Source: Tortispora ganteri
Lineage: Eukaryota
Length of the DNA: 64,000 nt
Assembly: GCA_003707115.1 (NCBI GenBank)
Contig: PPNB01000009.1
Span: forward strand, 248,001 to 312,000
Reading direction: 5' to 3'
Shown: positions 41,592-52,332 of the stretch, in pieces
Position numbering within the stretch: position 1 is the stretch's first letter
Layout: every line of letters begins with the position of its first letter
Program-made: the position numbers and the translations under genes
The notes under the pieces: generated by a model
What the model was told of the DNA's origin: nothing
Databases searched by the model: none
Seen by the model: only the letters and a program-made list of their open reading frames with translations

Positions 41592-44500
41592 TTACTTAAC
41601 ATTCAGCTCAGCAAACAACTGTTTCATGTTCACAAACCGTCGTCCGCATTGATCAAGGTATCGGCCTATAGCACCGCGCGCTGGCTCGAGGTACTTTCTA
41701 TTCCGCTCTGCTAGAATCATTTCTCCTTCATGCTCTGAAAGATTCTTCTTCATTCTATCAACGTCAAATATACTGAAAAGATAAAGAAGTTGTGTGTACA
41801 ATTCCTTGTCACCATATTCGAGTTTGACATTTCCTCTACAGTCTCCGCAATACAAGCCATCTCGGCCTCCACAGCGATTAGGTATGATTGACACGCTTCG
41901 AGTCCTCCGCTCACAAGAATCTCTATCGCAAATCAAATACCTCTCATAGTACTTGCGAATCTTAGATCTTGCAAATATCACAGCTTGCGAGCTCAGAGTC
42001 TGTACAGGAATATCGGCAGAACACGTAGGACATCGTATACCTCCAGCGCTGCTAAAAGATACCTCTGGAATCTCTTCAGTATATTTTTTCTCATCCGAAT
42101 TGCTATCTGCACGCATAATTCCGCGATATAACAGCTCAGTTGAACATCCAAGGCACCGAATTTTTAAGGTCTCACAGTCTGCAAATCGTTCGGCATCACT
42201 AATCGTAGTCTCCAGCCTCGATAGCTCTTCATTAGCACCTGATCCAAGAAGGCGTTGAGACTTTATGTATTTAGCAGCGTTAAGCCCTAGGCACTCAGCA
42301 ATGGTGGCATTATCCAGCTCTTTTAGAGGCTCACACAGGCGCCGTACCACTGGTATAACCTGCTTTTCTAGATAGTACATCACATCGGGGCGAAGTGCAG
42401 AATTTCCTTTCATCTCGCTCAACGTATATGCATTATCTGCTACGTTGCTTTTAGGATCTGTCGACTCAGCAACCACATACGATATAATGTCACCTGCAGA
42501 AACAGGCTCTCCATTCAACCGTTTCCTTAAGGCAATCCTCACAGATGGCATGTTGTTTCCATCCTTACCATATTCTGCAGGATCTTTGCCCAAGCCTGTA
42601 TGAATAAGTAAACTCTCCAGCGGGACTTCCCTATGTCTTAAGTTATCCGAGACTTCTGCAAGATGCTTTCGAATATTGTCTAAAGATGTAGCAGCATCAT
42701 TGTCGTTCAGAAGCTGGTCCAAACAGTATTGTGAGATATCCTTAGACCATTGGCAGAATTCTCTTCGTCGCATATCCAACCCCTTCACTTCAATTCTGCT
42801 CTTCAGCTTCCCATCAATTTTAGACACTTTCAAGGCAGCATATTTCTTCTTTGCGTGCAACAGTAGTTTCTGGAACACATAATCAATATCAATCTCTAGA
42901 TGTCGGTATTGCTTATTGACGACTGTTTTAAATTCTCGCCCTATAGATAACGCTTGTTCGTAGTTCTTCATTCGAGTATGGATCATTACAGAGTCAGTAT
43001 CTCCATATATGACTTGAAGTGAGTTCTCAGTTGCGAGCTCTTTGGTTCGGCGTAGAATTTCACGTCCTCTATGAGTAATCATCATTGCTAGAGGTTTCGC
43101 ATAAAAGCGTGATTTAGTATAACCCAAACAACCGTACATAGAATTCGCCGTCAACTTTAGAGCGAGCTGTCTAGTGTCCCACTGAGTGCGCTCAATTTCA
43201 CTTCCCTTAGAGGGATCGGCTAATAAACGCTTTACTTCTCCACGTCGATTGATCAAATTCGCAATTATCCGAGGGAAAATACCCTGTTCGACGTTAGCAG
43301 GAGGATATTCTAACTTATTAATGTCTTCATCAGTAATCTGTTTACACGGGGCCCAGCTAACCGTAGTAAAACAAATATTGAACTCTCGGATAATACTAGG
43401 ATACAAAGAGTTGAAATCCATCACCAAAACATAATTCTCGTAAAGCCCGCATTCTGGTTCAAAAACCAGACCACCAATATAGGTATCCTTCTTTCCTCCT
43501 TCAGACTTATTGTTGTTGAAATTTACGTGCGCTTTGTCGGGAACCACGTACCCAGCTTTTGTGAACTCATGTAAGAGCAAAAATTCATTTCTATCAGATC
43601 GTGTTCCCGCAAGCGTTCGAGTCCACGCGTTACCGGAAAGGCATGTAAGTTCGCGAGAAAGCGATATAATTTTTGTTTTTAGCATCAATGAACCGATGTA
43701 TTGCGTGTCTCGTGCACATTGTTCGATAAGACGAAGTAACCCTTCCGGAGTATCTATACCAGATGTCCGTGTAATGTCGGTATCCACTGCAGGGCGATCA
43801 ATACCAAGTTCTATTAAACACATCTCTGATAATTCGTAAGATGTACAGCTTGGGGCAAGTGATTGTCCAAATGTGTTAGTAAGATCGCAGAGCAATCTGC
43901 CCGTAGCTGCACGTCGAAGATCATGGATAGTGTGTTGCGCTTTATTACGCTGATCACCATATCGGAGTCTACCCAGTTTGTTACAGTCTCCAACTCCTAA
44001 AGCTTTGCACCTGGAAAGGATAAGAGAAATATCAACTTTCTCAAGGTTATGGCCTGTAATAACGTCAATATCCTCTGCCAAAAGAAGTGCAAAAAAATGA
44101 TTTAATAAGGCTCTCTCAGAATCGAATCTCTTGACTGTTGCTGATAGTTTGTTAGCAACGGTAGTAAAACCGTAAGGGAATATTTGATCTGGAGGTCGAA
44201 TCAATGTTACATGACGAGATTTCACCTCATCACTACTTGATGCAGTATCATTTTTCAAGTCGGGAAAGGTACGCGTAGACACAGCAACAATCTCACGCGT
44301 ATTGTTTTTCGTGTTAAAAACTGTGCGTATACCTATTGCCATAATATTCATAGGAGGAGGGTTGCTGGTTTTATTAATTGGCGCAACAGACAAATTAGAC
44401 GAACCTCGTACAACAAGTTCCACTTCTGACCAAGACTTATTTGCAGCAGAATTAACTTCAGGTGAGGCTATCTTTAACCAACAAGGACCCATAATATCTC

Positions 44501-45899
44501 TGTCCAAGATGAATTGTTCAAAAAGAGAAGTGGTAGTTCCAAAAACACGAGAAAATGTACGACCGGGCCGCTGAAAAGGTGATGCTGAAGTACCGTACGA
44601 ATAACGCACGTTCAAGTATTCAGATTCTGCTGGTACGTCTTCAAGGTCAAACGCATAACGTTTATTACAGACTTTTCTTCCAAAGTCGATAATTTTATTG
44701 CGCCGACAGATTTCCTTCACTTCTTCCTCAACATCCGACATAGAGAATTCTTTACCTTGCTCTGGATCAGTTTTTCTGGGAAGTATATATAAAGATCGTT
44801 CAATACCTGAAATGCGAACCATGCAGCTTACAACAGAGTCAGATTCATTAATCTTCACTTTTCCAAATAAAAATAGATCGGCATTGTTCTCATGATAGTC
44901 CATCCAGTAGAAGAGCACTTCGTCATTGTTCATTACATTTTCCATACTAATAGTTGTAGAAATAGGCTGCTCAGGCTGCTCAGGAAAATCTTCAACATCC
45001 TCAAGTGGATCTATATCGTCTAGTAAATCAGATTGAGCAGAGTTATGCTCTTTCTTGTGCAGAGCAGGAGGGACGTATTTGACACCTGTAGGCCGACGAA
45101 CAATAATTTCGTCGTCATCATCGTCATCGCTAAGGAATGCGGGATCTTCAGAGTTCTTAATAGGTAAATTCGAAAAGACATTTGAAGTTTGCTTTGAAGG
45201 GGAGTTCTGTAATACGAGTCGTCTCTTTACTCGCGGGGAAGACTTATCTGATTGTGGGGAGGACATACCAGCATAACGCGATATTTCGGGCGACAAACGT
45301 TTGCGGTTTATAGGAGAGTCTTCCAATTCAGCCAATATGTCATCCACATTAGCGGATATCACGTCTTTAGACGCGTTATCAACAGGACTAGTGGCACGGG
45401 CAAGGCTATTATGCTTCGTAGTAGCATCAGAATCGCGGCGACCAGGCTTTGATGTAATTTCATTAATAAGGTCACCGATAAGTGCATCATCACTTTCATT
45501 GCTATTTATAGAGACTGTAGTTTTTTTGAGTGAAGAGGCCTTGTCATTGAGGAACGCGGCTAAAGAAGCTACTTGTTTCGTTTTTGACTCAATTACTTCT
45601 TTTCTTGTTTTCTTTTTACCACGATGGAGTTTGCTAGTCATATCATTATCACTATAATTTTCTCTTTCCTCCCACTCATAGCCGCCAGTTTCAATATAGC
45701 CTTCACCTTTATCATCTACGACGAAATCATCCTCTTTTAAACGATTTTGAGCATATTCCTTGTACTTGTCATCATCGACCTCATCATAGATATCTTCCTG
45801 ATCGCTTTCGTAAGTAATTATTCTAGTTTTACCAGATTTACGCAAAGCTCTAAGTTCTGCAAGTGCAGAGTTACTCACTGCTTTACTAGATCTGGACAT
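41592..45899 (-). CDS. POL1: DNA polymerase alpha catalytic subunit
   Basis: B-family motifs DFNSLYPSII, KLTANSMYGCLG and YGDTDS. N-terminal DDFVVDDKGEGY and C-terminal Cys clusters. Confidence 0.97.
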   Translation of the reverse strand: MSRSSKAVSNSALAELRALRKSGKTRIITYESDQEDIYDEVDDDKYKEYAQNRLKEDDFVVDDKGEGYIETGGYEWEERENYSDNDMTSKLHRGKKKTRKEVIESKTKQVASLAAFLNDKASSLKKTTVSINSNESDDALIGDLINEITSKPGRRDSDATTKHNSLARATSPVDNASKDVISANVDDILAELEDSPINRKRLSPEISRYAGMSSPQSDKSSPRVKRRLVLQNSPSKQTSNVFSNLPIKNSEDPAFLSDDDDDDEIIVRRPTGVKYVPPALHKKEHNSAQSDLLDDIDPLEDVEDFPEQPEQPISTTISMENVMNNDEVLFYWMDYHENNADLFLFGKVKINESDSVVSCMVRISGIERSLYILPRKTDPEQGKEFSMSDVEEEVKEICRRNKIIDFGRKVCNKRYAFDLEDVPAESEYLNVRYSYGTSASPFQRPGRTFSRVFGTTTSLFEQFILDRDIMGPCWLKIASPEVNSAANKSWSEVELVVRGSSNLSVAPINKTSNPPPMNIMAIGIRTVFNTKNNTREIVAVSTRTFPDLKNDTASSSDEVKSRHVTLIRPPDQIFPYGFTTVANKLSATVKRFDSERALLNHFFALLLAEDIDVITGHNLEKVDISLILSRCKALGVGDCNKLGRLRYGDQRNKAQHTIHDLRRAATGRLLCDLTNTFGQSLAPSCTSYELSEMCLIELGIDRPAVDTDITRTSGIDTPEGLLRLIEQCARDTQYIGSLMLKTKIISLSRELTCLSGNAWTRTLAGTRSDRNEFLLLHEFTKAGYVVPDKAHVNFNNNKSEGGKKDTYIGGLVFEPECGLYENYVLVMDFNSLYPSIIREFNICFTTVSWAPCKQITDEDINKLEYPPANVEQGIFPRIIANLINRRGEVKRLLADPSKGSEIERTQWDTRQLALKLTANSMYGCLGYTKSRFYAKPLAMMITHRGREILRRTKELATENSLQVIYGDTDSVMIHTRMKNYEQALSIGREFKTVVNKQYRHLEIDIDYVFQKLLLHAKKKYAALKVSKIDGKLKSRIEVKGLDMRRREFCQWSKDISQYCLDQLLNDNDAATSLDNIRKHLAEVSDNLRHREVPLESLLIHTGLGKDPAEYGKDGNNMPSVRIALRKRLNGEPVSAGDIISYVVAESTDPKSNVADNAYTLSEMKGNSALRPDVMYYLEKQVIPVVRRLCEPLKELDNATIAECLGLNAAKYIKSQRLLGSGANEELSRLETTISDAERFADCETLKIRCLGCSTELLYRGIMRADSNSDEKKYTEEIPEVSFSSAGGIRCPTCSADIPVQTLSSQAVIFARSKIRKYYERYLICDRDSCERRTRSVSIIPNRCGGRDGLYCGDCRGNVKLEYGDKELYTQLLYLFSIFDVDRMKKNLSEHEGEMILAERNRKYLEPARGAIGRYLDQCGRRFVNMKQLFAELNVK

Positions 45900-45911
45900 A
45901 TTTTTCTTTTT

Positions 45912-45970
45912 TCGCGTTTTGGTCGATATATTGTCACTAGGTGGGTTTGAATACGCGTTTGACTACGCGT
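45912..45970. promoter_or_regulatory. MCB cluster upstream of POL1 (ACGCGT at 45953-45958 and 45965-45970; ACGCGA on the minus strand at 45912-45917)
   Basis: Two perfect MluI cell-cycle boxes just upstream of POL1, as is established for yeast POL1. Confidence 0.8.
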
Positions 45971-46295
45971 AAATCCCGACCGTGCCACCCTGGACCTCAA
46001 GTCGAAGCTATATTGCAACGTTATCGCGACACCTTTAAAACCCACGTCAAATGTCCGACATAGGCTTTTTTTTTACCGCACTCTGAATATCTTAAACATT
46101 AAACACAGGTATTTCCTTTTATCAAAGCCCGTTGTTATAAACAAACTATGATGCCTCAAAAATCAGAGGCACGCAATAAATAAAGTTCTGACAGTTATAA
46201 CGTTCACTACACTTAACTTGAAACCCCGCTTTGATCCCAAGCATGATATAATCTTTCCCTGTACAACACTAACATCCCTACGCCCCAAAGCACAC

Positions 46296-47828
46296 ATGTC
46301 AACTATTGCAGAGTATCTAGCTGCATTCATTTTATCCCCAAAAGAATATGAAAAGCTGTCAACATATTTGTCTAAAAAGAATTCAGAACTTATCTTAAGC
46401 GATTCTACCATAAAATCTCGCATTAGGACTGGTACCAGAACATTTTTGGGCGGCTACTCCCTATTAACAGTTGTTGATGCATTCAGCTTATTAAGATCTC
46501 GTCAAAGCAAAAAAAAGGCTTTTTCGAAACAAGAAATTCTCTCACTTCTGTTAAGTAAGAAAAATTTCAAATGTTCTGGCTCGTTAATTCTGCTTATCGC
46601 ACTCTATCAATCAGTACTATTTGGTGAACGCAAGTTACTCAATCGAATTGAATCTCTTTTACCTTCAAGTAGGAGACTGAGACGGTTACGTAAACGCCTC
46701 AGAGTCACTACTGGACTTCTTCGGTCTAAACCTATAACTGCTTCAATTGCTGGTTTTGTTGCTGGTCTTGCTTTAGTTCTTCAACCAGACGACCATCGCC
46801 GTTCTATCATTGCCCTTTATTCAAGTATCAAAGCTATGGAAACCATAATAAATTATGCAAAAGACAATGGAATGCTGAATTGGCGACCCTCTTGGCTGAA
46901 TACACAATTTCTTTTTGCAATATCTACCGGTCAGTTACTTTACACTTTCTTTTTTGATCATGATTGCTGCCCTGAAACTTTTTCAAGAATGATGAAACGT
47001 TTCTCGTCAGGATTTATCCCCACTAGGCCCCCTTCTTACTCAAAAAATTTACCTTGGCCCGACAAGGATGTTGTTATTTCTAAACTCTCTTTATTGCCTC
47101 GTGCTCGATACCCTCAGTTCCAGTCTCCGATGCTATCCGAGGGCAAACGATCTATCCCTCCTGTGTATTCCGACATTGAACCGGTACTGCAGATTGCCCA
47201 TCCTGGAATAACTACTATGTATAGTGCCATAACACATCCTTTTGAGCCATCTAGCTTTAAGAATGCTACCGAGCATTCTCTATCTACACTGACTCAAGTA
47301 TCCAAACTCATGTCTATAGCCTATGGTGTTCTTTATTTGTTTCGTACTTTTGTCTCCAGAAAATCATTATCTTTGGAACAGAAGGTTCAAATGTTTTTGC
47401 AGTTTGTTAGAAGCTCGGTATTTGCCTCCTTGTTCCTATCTATCTCTTGGGTCGGAGGTGACATATCGCAATACATATTATCCAATAACAGATTACCACT
47501 CTATCGATTCAGACTTATTGGCTTTATTGCTGGCTTGACTGGATATATAGACGACTCTAAATTAAACAGAGGTCTGTACATATACACTATACGGTCTGCA
47601 ATTTACTCATATTGGCGTCAGCTGGTCAAATACAAGGCTGTACATCCATTACCGAACGGAGATGTCTTACTATTCGCGCTCTCTTTGGGCATAATAATGG
47701 GTGTGTATGAACGCTCACCTAGAACTATATCGAGCCCTACTGCCAGAAAGGTATTGAATGTCATTAAATCAGGTCATTTTGACGATCCAGAAACAAACTT
47801 AGATGAAAGATGCGGAAAGAATGAGTAG
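46296..47828 (+). CDS. TMEM135/PXMP4-like multi-pass membrane protein (first ATG at 46296)
   Basis: SIAGFVAGLAL...RRSIIALY, LFAISTGQLLY, LVKYKAVHPLPNGDVLLFALSLG..M.VYE. Confidence 0.75.
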   Translation: MSTIAEYLAAFILSPKEYEKLSTYLSKKNSELILSDSTIKSRIRTGTRTFLGGYSLLTVVDAFSLLRSRQSKKKAFSKQEILSLLLSKKNFKCSGSLILLIALYQSVLFGERKLLNRIESLLPSSRRLRRLRKRLRVTTGLLRSKPITASIAGFVAGLALVLQPDDHRRSIIALYSSIKAMETIINYAKDNGMLNWRPSWLNTQFLFAISTGQLLYTFFFDHDCCPETFSRMMKRFSSGFIPTRPPSYSKNLPWPDKDVVISKLSLLPRARYPQFQSPMLSEGKRSIPPVYSDIEPVLQIAHPGITTMYSAITHPFEPSSFKNATEHSLSTLTQVSKLMSIAYGVLYLFRTFVSRKSLSLEQKVQMFLQFVRSSVFASLFLSISWVGGDISQYILSNNRLPLYRFRLIGFIAGLTGYIDDSKLNRGLYIYTIRSAIYSYWRQLVKYKAVHPLPNGDVLLFALSLGIIMGVYERSPRTISSPTARKVLNVIKSGHFDDPETNLDERCGKNE

Positions 47829-47919
47829 AAATGCTTAATGGATTACTCTAACTACCTAATTATATTGAGAATCAACATATTAATTAACCATTGTTTCATC
47901 AATTCATAAAATTATAAGT

Positions 47920-49353
47920 CTAATACGCCTGATAGTGCCATTTAACGCATTTTCCATACCAATTCCTTTTTATGCATCTCTTAATACATCGTGACTCAGT
48001 ATCATCATCCTTTGCAGGACATGACGAAGGTGCAGGGCTCTTCGACACGGTACCATCTGGTGGCAAAGGATCTAAAGGAGGTGTTTCAATGGGGTCTCCA
48101 TAATCCCAGTTAAAGCAATCTATGCATTGTGGGGCATCAATGCATTTCGCAGTTTCGTTGTATGCCGCGATTATATCGCTAATGACGGTTTTTATACGAT
48201 GGTTCACAAGTGAAACTCTCCACCCTTTGTCTTCCACCACGTCGTAAATGCATTTTCGTCCAGTATGACAAACGCTTTCCATAGCATAACCACCTAACCA
48301 ACACGTCGATCCTGGACCGGAACATGTACCCATATATATGGGATCAGCAGTGTGGCCAAAATGCCATATCGGTGTTCTTTCCACAGGAATTCCGGGAGGT
48401 AGAGGCAAGTGAAGTCTCTCAGCAGGTAGCTGTTCAGGTACTGCCTCGTATGTAACCGTTGGGACGCCATAAGTACGGCCTAGCAGAGCAGCTAAGGATC
48501 CACCTAATGAATGACCTGTAAGCCATAGTTGTGCTTTCGGGTACAGCGATCTAACATGGCTGTATATATCTAACGTTGCCTGATAGTACATCTCAGGAGA
48601 AGATATTGTTTCTTCAATACACTGCTGATTGCATTTGTAAGTGGACTCATAACAGCTGCAGACAGGTGTCCAAAGGTAGGAGACACGGGCGCAACAACAG
48701 GAAAATAGGACATTGTCATTCAATTTGTCACGCGCAGTAGTGTCACCGCCAGCATCAAATATAGCAGCGCTTGTACCTTTAAATGCAATAACAGCAATAG
48801 ACTCAGATTCATCCAAGAAAACATGACCACGTACACCTGTAGAATTAAAGCCGAAATCGCTGTGATCGGTATAGTTCAGGTTGAGTTCTATCCAGCTGCC
48901 GCTATCGTCAGATTCGGAGTAGGCGTTATTGGACATTATAGCAAGAGCTAAAATTGTATCACGATCCGTTACATTTGGAACAATGATTTCACGAGTTTCC
49001 CATATATCATTAGGTCTATACTTGTCCTGCCTCATGTGAAATGTATCCTGGTAGCGTTCTGCAGGGACATCAGCCAGAAACCGTGAAGTACGGAATTCAG
49101 TCACCAGTTCCATTGGTTCAAACACTACAGCTTGATCTTTATATACAGATCCATCTAATTCAATTTTCGAAGACAGCGAGATAGGTGGGCCTGCTTTCAT
49201 TATTGTGCCAGGTTTGACGTCCATGCGTAGGAATCGGCCAGAATCAGAGCCGACACCGTGGTCCACAATGTGTGCCAAATGAAGACCATGTGCTTCAAAA
49301 TCAGCATAAACATATAAACATATACACAATAAAGATATCAGAGCGAGAACCAT
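47920..49353 (-). CDS. ATG15: Vacuolar/autophagic lipase Atg15 (first ATG at 49353)
   Basis: N-terminal TM, PNVTDRDTILALAIMSNNAY, DKLNDNVLFSCCCARV and lipase motif TGHSLGG. Confidence 0.96.
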   Translation of the reverse strand: MVLALISLLCICLYVYADFEAHGLHLAHIVDHGVGSDSGRFLRMDVKPGTIMKAGPPISLSSKIELDGSVYKDQAVVFEPMELVTEFRTSRFLADVPAERYQDTFHMRQDKYRPNDIWETREIIVPNVTDRDTILALAIMSNNAYSESDDSGSWIELNLNYTDHSDFGFNSTGVRGHVFLDESESIAVIAFKGTSAAIFDAGGDTTARDKLNDNVLFSCCCARVSYLWTPVCSCYESTYKCNQQCIEETISSPEMYYQATLDIYSHVRSLYPKAQLWLTGHSLGGSLAALLGRTYGVPTVTYEAVPEQLPAERLHLPLPPGIPVERTPIWHFGHTADPIYMGTCSGPGSTCWLGGYAMESVCHTGRKCIYDVVEDKGWRVSLVNHRIKTVISDIIAAYNETAKCIDAPQCIDCFNWDYGDPIETPPLDPLPPDGTVSKSPAPSSCPAKDDDTESRCIKRCIKRNWYGKCVKWHYQAY

Positions 49354-49895
49354 TGTGTTTCTGAATGTATATAAGATTGTCCAGTCAGATCGACTATGCG
49401 ATGGCAAATAGTTGGGTAACTTGAGAGGCAATGAAGACGATCAAAACAATAAAGCAACGAGCAGCGGGAAAGTACTATCTGTTATATAAACAGCAATGCC
49501 CCAGCAGTATATAATTGTTGTTTTATTTTTTTTGAATATATCACTGTAGTTTTAGTGGCGTGGGGAAGGAAGTAGTACTTTGTAATGCCTACACAGCCTA
49601 ATATTGATGCAGGGTTGGGCAGAGAGGTAAAGGATAAGATAAAGCAAGCCCATAAACTGTTGGGACCAAAGCCTTTTCAGGAATGACACTTAAACCTTAA
49701 TACCATTTGAAGGGGGTCGAGCCAACGAAGCAGTATATCTGAATAATTCAATGTAACCTGTATGAATCTCATAAACATTAAAACATGTATATTGCTTGTT
49801 TTCCAAGCAAAATAAATTCTAAAAGCAAAAATTAACATTCAGCAGTTGGAACAGTTACGGTCTGGAGAAACAGTTAGATGCTAGGTAGGTAGCAA

Positions 49896-51653
49896 CTAAT
49901 GCAAAGCAAAAGCATTCTCCAAGTGAGCTCTAGAAGACGAATCATTAGCTTTGGCCTCAGTCAATCCAGTCCCACTAGTATTAGAAGAGTTCTGTATAGC
50001 CTCAATATCGTTTGGATGTCCATTGGTACTGCTAGTCTCAACAGCTGGCAATGTGTGATCCAAATCCTGCATACTAAACACATCAGCGTTTACAGTTGAG
50101 ACATCAGTAGAAGAGGTTGCTGTTATTTCATTTCCACCAGAAGGTGAAGAAGATATAGCTATGGGGAGATCATCGTCGGCGTCAGTAACTAGAATATCTA
50201 TATTCCCTTCATCATTGTGCTCATGTTGTGTCTGAGATCTAACTTCCTGCAAATCTCTCAATCTGCGCTCTTCTTCATCCAAAAGTGATATCCTAATAGC
50301 TTCCATAACCATCATTTCTTCTAAATCCTGAGCACGACGCGATGCTCGGCGTGACTCGCGCGTAGAATATCGTCGACCAGTACCATTCCGATATCTACGT
50401 GCATTTAGCTCTGCCGAATTTCCCATGAACACTGCATGGTGAATAGCAGTTGCATTTGCTGCAGTGCGTACGGCCTTAGCACGAGCTGCTGCAAGTTTAC
50501 TGGCCCAATCAGGACGAATCATGTCAGTTGTTACAACTTGAGGAGAAAGAGGTGGCAGAGAGTGCCTCCGCCGTCTTCTATCCGCAAACGAGCCAGAATT
50601 AACTGAGGTAGGGGTATTATTTTCTGAGACTGAAACAGAAACAGGCTGTATAAAGTGAATAGAATGTGCAGATGTAGAAGTCTCGATAGGTGCAGCTGAT
50701 TGTGTATTAGTGCAAGACGCTATTATATCGGGCTTGTGAATATGCGATTCTTTAATTAATGCATTCGTGTGCGAACTTTTCGTAGGAGGTTTAATGCCTG
50801 TCTGTATGGGAGGAGGATTATAAAGAACACCAAAGTTTGGTTCAGCACAAAATGGACAACATGTAGGTTCTGATATCAATTCTTCTTCTTCTGGCAGTCC
50901 TGTGATATGGGAAGTTGAAACAGCCTGGTCAGGTGGTATCGCCACAGAATGAGCATCGTGTTGAGGTATTGGTTTGTGAGGTTCCGGTCTTTTCATTTGT
51001 ACAAAACATTCAGAACAAATAGGCTGGTCGCAGCATCTGGTGAAGTTAACGAAGGGCGGATAATAGAGGAAGCAGATAGGGCATTCAACAGGCTCTCTAT
51101 ACAGGCGAATCATTTCGAGTTGCTGGTCAGAAAGGCGGCTGGAACTTCCGGTTCCTGGAGCAGTGATGCTAGTCGAAGAATCATACGAGTTGGATGAATC
51201 AGGTATAGGAAGTCCATTTATAGCGGCCAACAGCTGTGAGTCAGACCAGGAAGGCTCAAAGTCTTGGAGAGGTTTATAAAAGGGACTGAGTTTGCGTTCG
51301 ATTTGAAGTTGAGCAACTTTTGTTTTGTTAAAATCTTGAGGGCCGGTATAGACGCCTTGAACCACAAGGTAGCCGCCATCGACAGTGTCAGTTGGGGATA
51401 TTTCGATGTTAGCGCCAGAATCATTATGAGCCGATGCATTGCGGGGAGATTGTAAGACAGTGAAAGGGGATTGCGCTAAGGATACGCGGCGATTAGCTGA
51501 GATCGGGACATTCCATTCATCGCGAGCGCCCCATTGAAGCAAAGATGCATGTGTAGGAGAAGTTTGGGATCCACGTCTGGCAGTATTATCGTGAGAGGAT
51601 GGCGCAGAGTGTGAGGACCCCCTCCGTTTTTCTTTAGCGGCAATATTGCCCAT
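49896..51653 (-). CDS. SIP5: Sip5 (Snf1/Reg1-interacting) protein
   Basis: MGN myristoylation-type start, ECPICFLYYP, TRCCDQPICSECFVQMKR, CPFC..PNFGV, TTDMIRPDW and LEEMMVMEAIRISL. Confidence 0.92.
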   Translation of the reverse strand: MGNIAAKEKRRGSSHSAPSSHDNTARRGSQTSPTHASLLQWGARDEWNVPISANRRVSLAQSPFTVLQSPRNASAHNDSGANIEISPTDTVDGGYLVVQGVYTGPQDFNKTKVAQLQIERKLSPFYKPLQDFEPSWSDSQLLAAINGLPIPDSSNSYDSSTSITAPGTGSSSRLSDQQLEMIRLYREPVECPICFLYYPPFVNFTRCCDQPICSECFVQMKRPEPHKPIPQHDAHSVAIPPDQAVSTSHITGLPEEEELISEPTCCPFCAEPNFGVLYNPPPIQTGIKPPTKSSHTNALIKESHIHKPDIIASCTNTQSAAPIETSTSAHSIHFIQPVSVSVSENNTPTSVNSGSFADRRRRRHSLPPLSPQVVTTDMIRPDWASKLAAARAKAVRTAANATAIHHAVFMGNSAELNARRYRNGTGRRYSTRESRRASRRAQDLEEMMVMEAIRISLLDEEERRLRDLQEVRSQTQHEHNDEGNIDILVTDADDDLPIAISSSPSGGNEITATSSTDVSTVNADVFSMQDLDHTLPAVETSSTNGHPNDIEAIQNSSNTSGTGLTEAKANDSSSRAHLENAFALH

Positions 51654-52308
51654 ACTATAAAAAAGAAAATATTTTCTTTAAACGGACACAAAAGGATAAA
51701 TAGCAGTATAAAAGAAGAAATAGGAACAGAGAAAGTAAAAGTAGAATAAGTACGCGGCAAAAAACGTTTGAAATATATATGTGGAAGTTGCAATCGTAAT
51801 GGATGTGCGTGGGAGCTAAGATATCACAAGTTGCCAAATTTAAGCTTAGATTTTCTAACTGCTACGATCTGGAATGTGATTTGTTATTGAATTAACAATT
51901 GATTAGATATGTTCTTAATTCTATCTATAGATGTATGCGATTGGATCGCTATATTTGAGTGTAGAAAAGGAAAGCCGTTTTCACTCCGGAAAGCGAACTT
52001 ATTCGGTCTAAAATAAGAAGAGTTGCAGTTTTAATCCTATGTCTTTTATATGGAACCACCGAATTGAACCCAAAAACTAAGTTCGAATGGCAGTATGACC
52101 CTGATATAGAACGTAATACTGCGATTTGGCTCTATCAATTGGTTTAGCCACCAAAATGTTTCCCTGGACCCTAACAAGCAGCTCCTTTTCGCCGTTCCTT
52201 TCCGTTGCTGGTGGGGAGGGAAAAACAAAACCTTAAATAAAAGCGCGGCTGTTAAGGTTTTGTTAGTGATAAACGCTGCTAACCGTTACAGTGACACAAC
52301 CTTTCTAT

Positions 52309-52314
52309 ACGCGT
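52309..52314. promoter_or_regulatory. MCB element ACGCGT upstream of PDS5
   Basis: Perfect MCB ending 18 nt before the first ATG of a cohesin-associated gene. Confidence 0.6.
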
Positions 52315-52332
52315 CTTTACCTGTATAAAATC

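Noticed and set aside
46100..46295. Possible 5' intron before the TMEM135-like gene (CACTAAC...AAG at about 46267-46290)
   Set aside because: No consensus 5' splice site gives an in-frame upstream exon.
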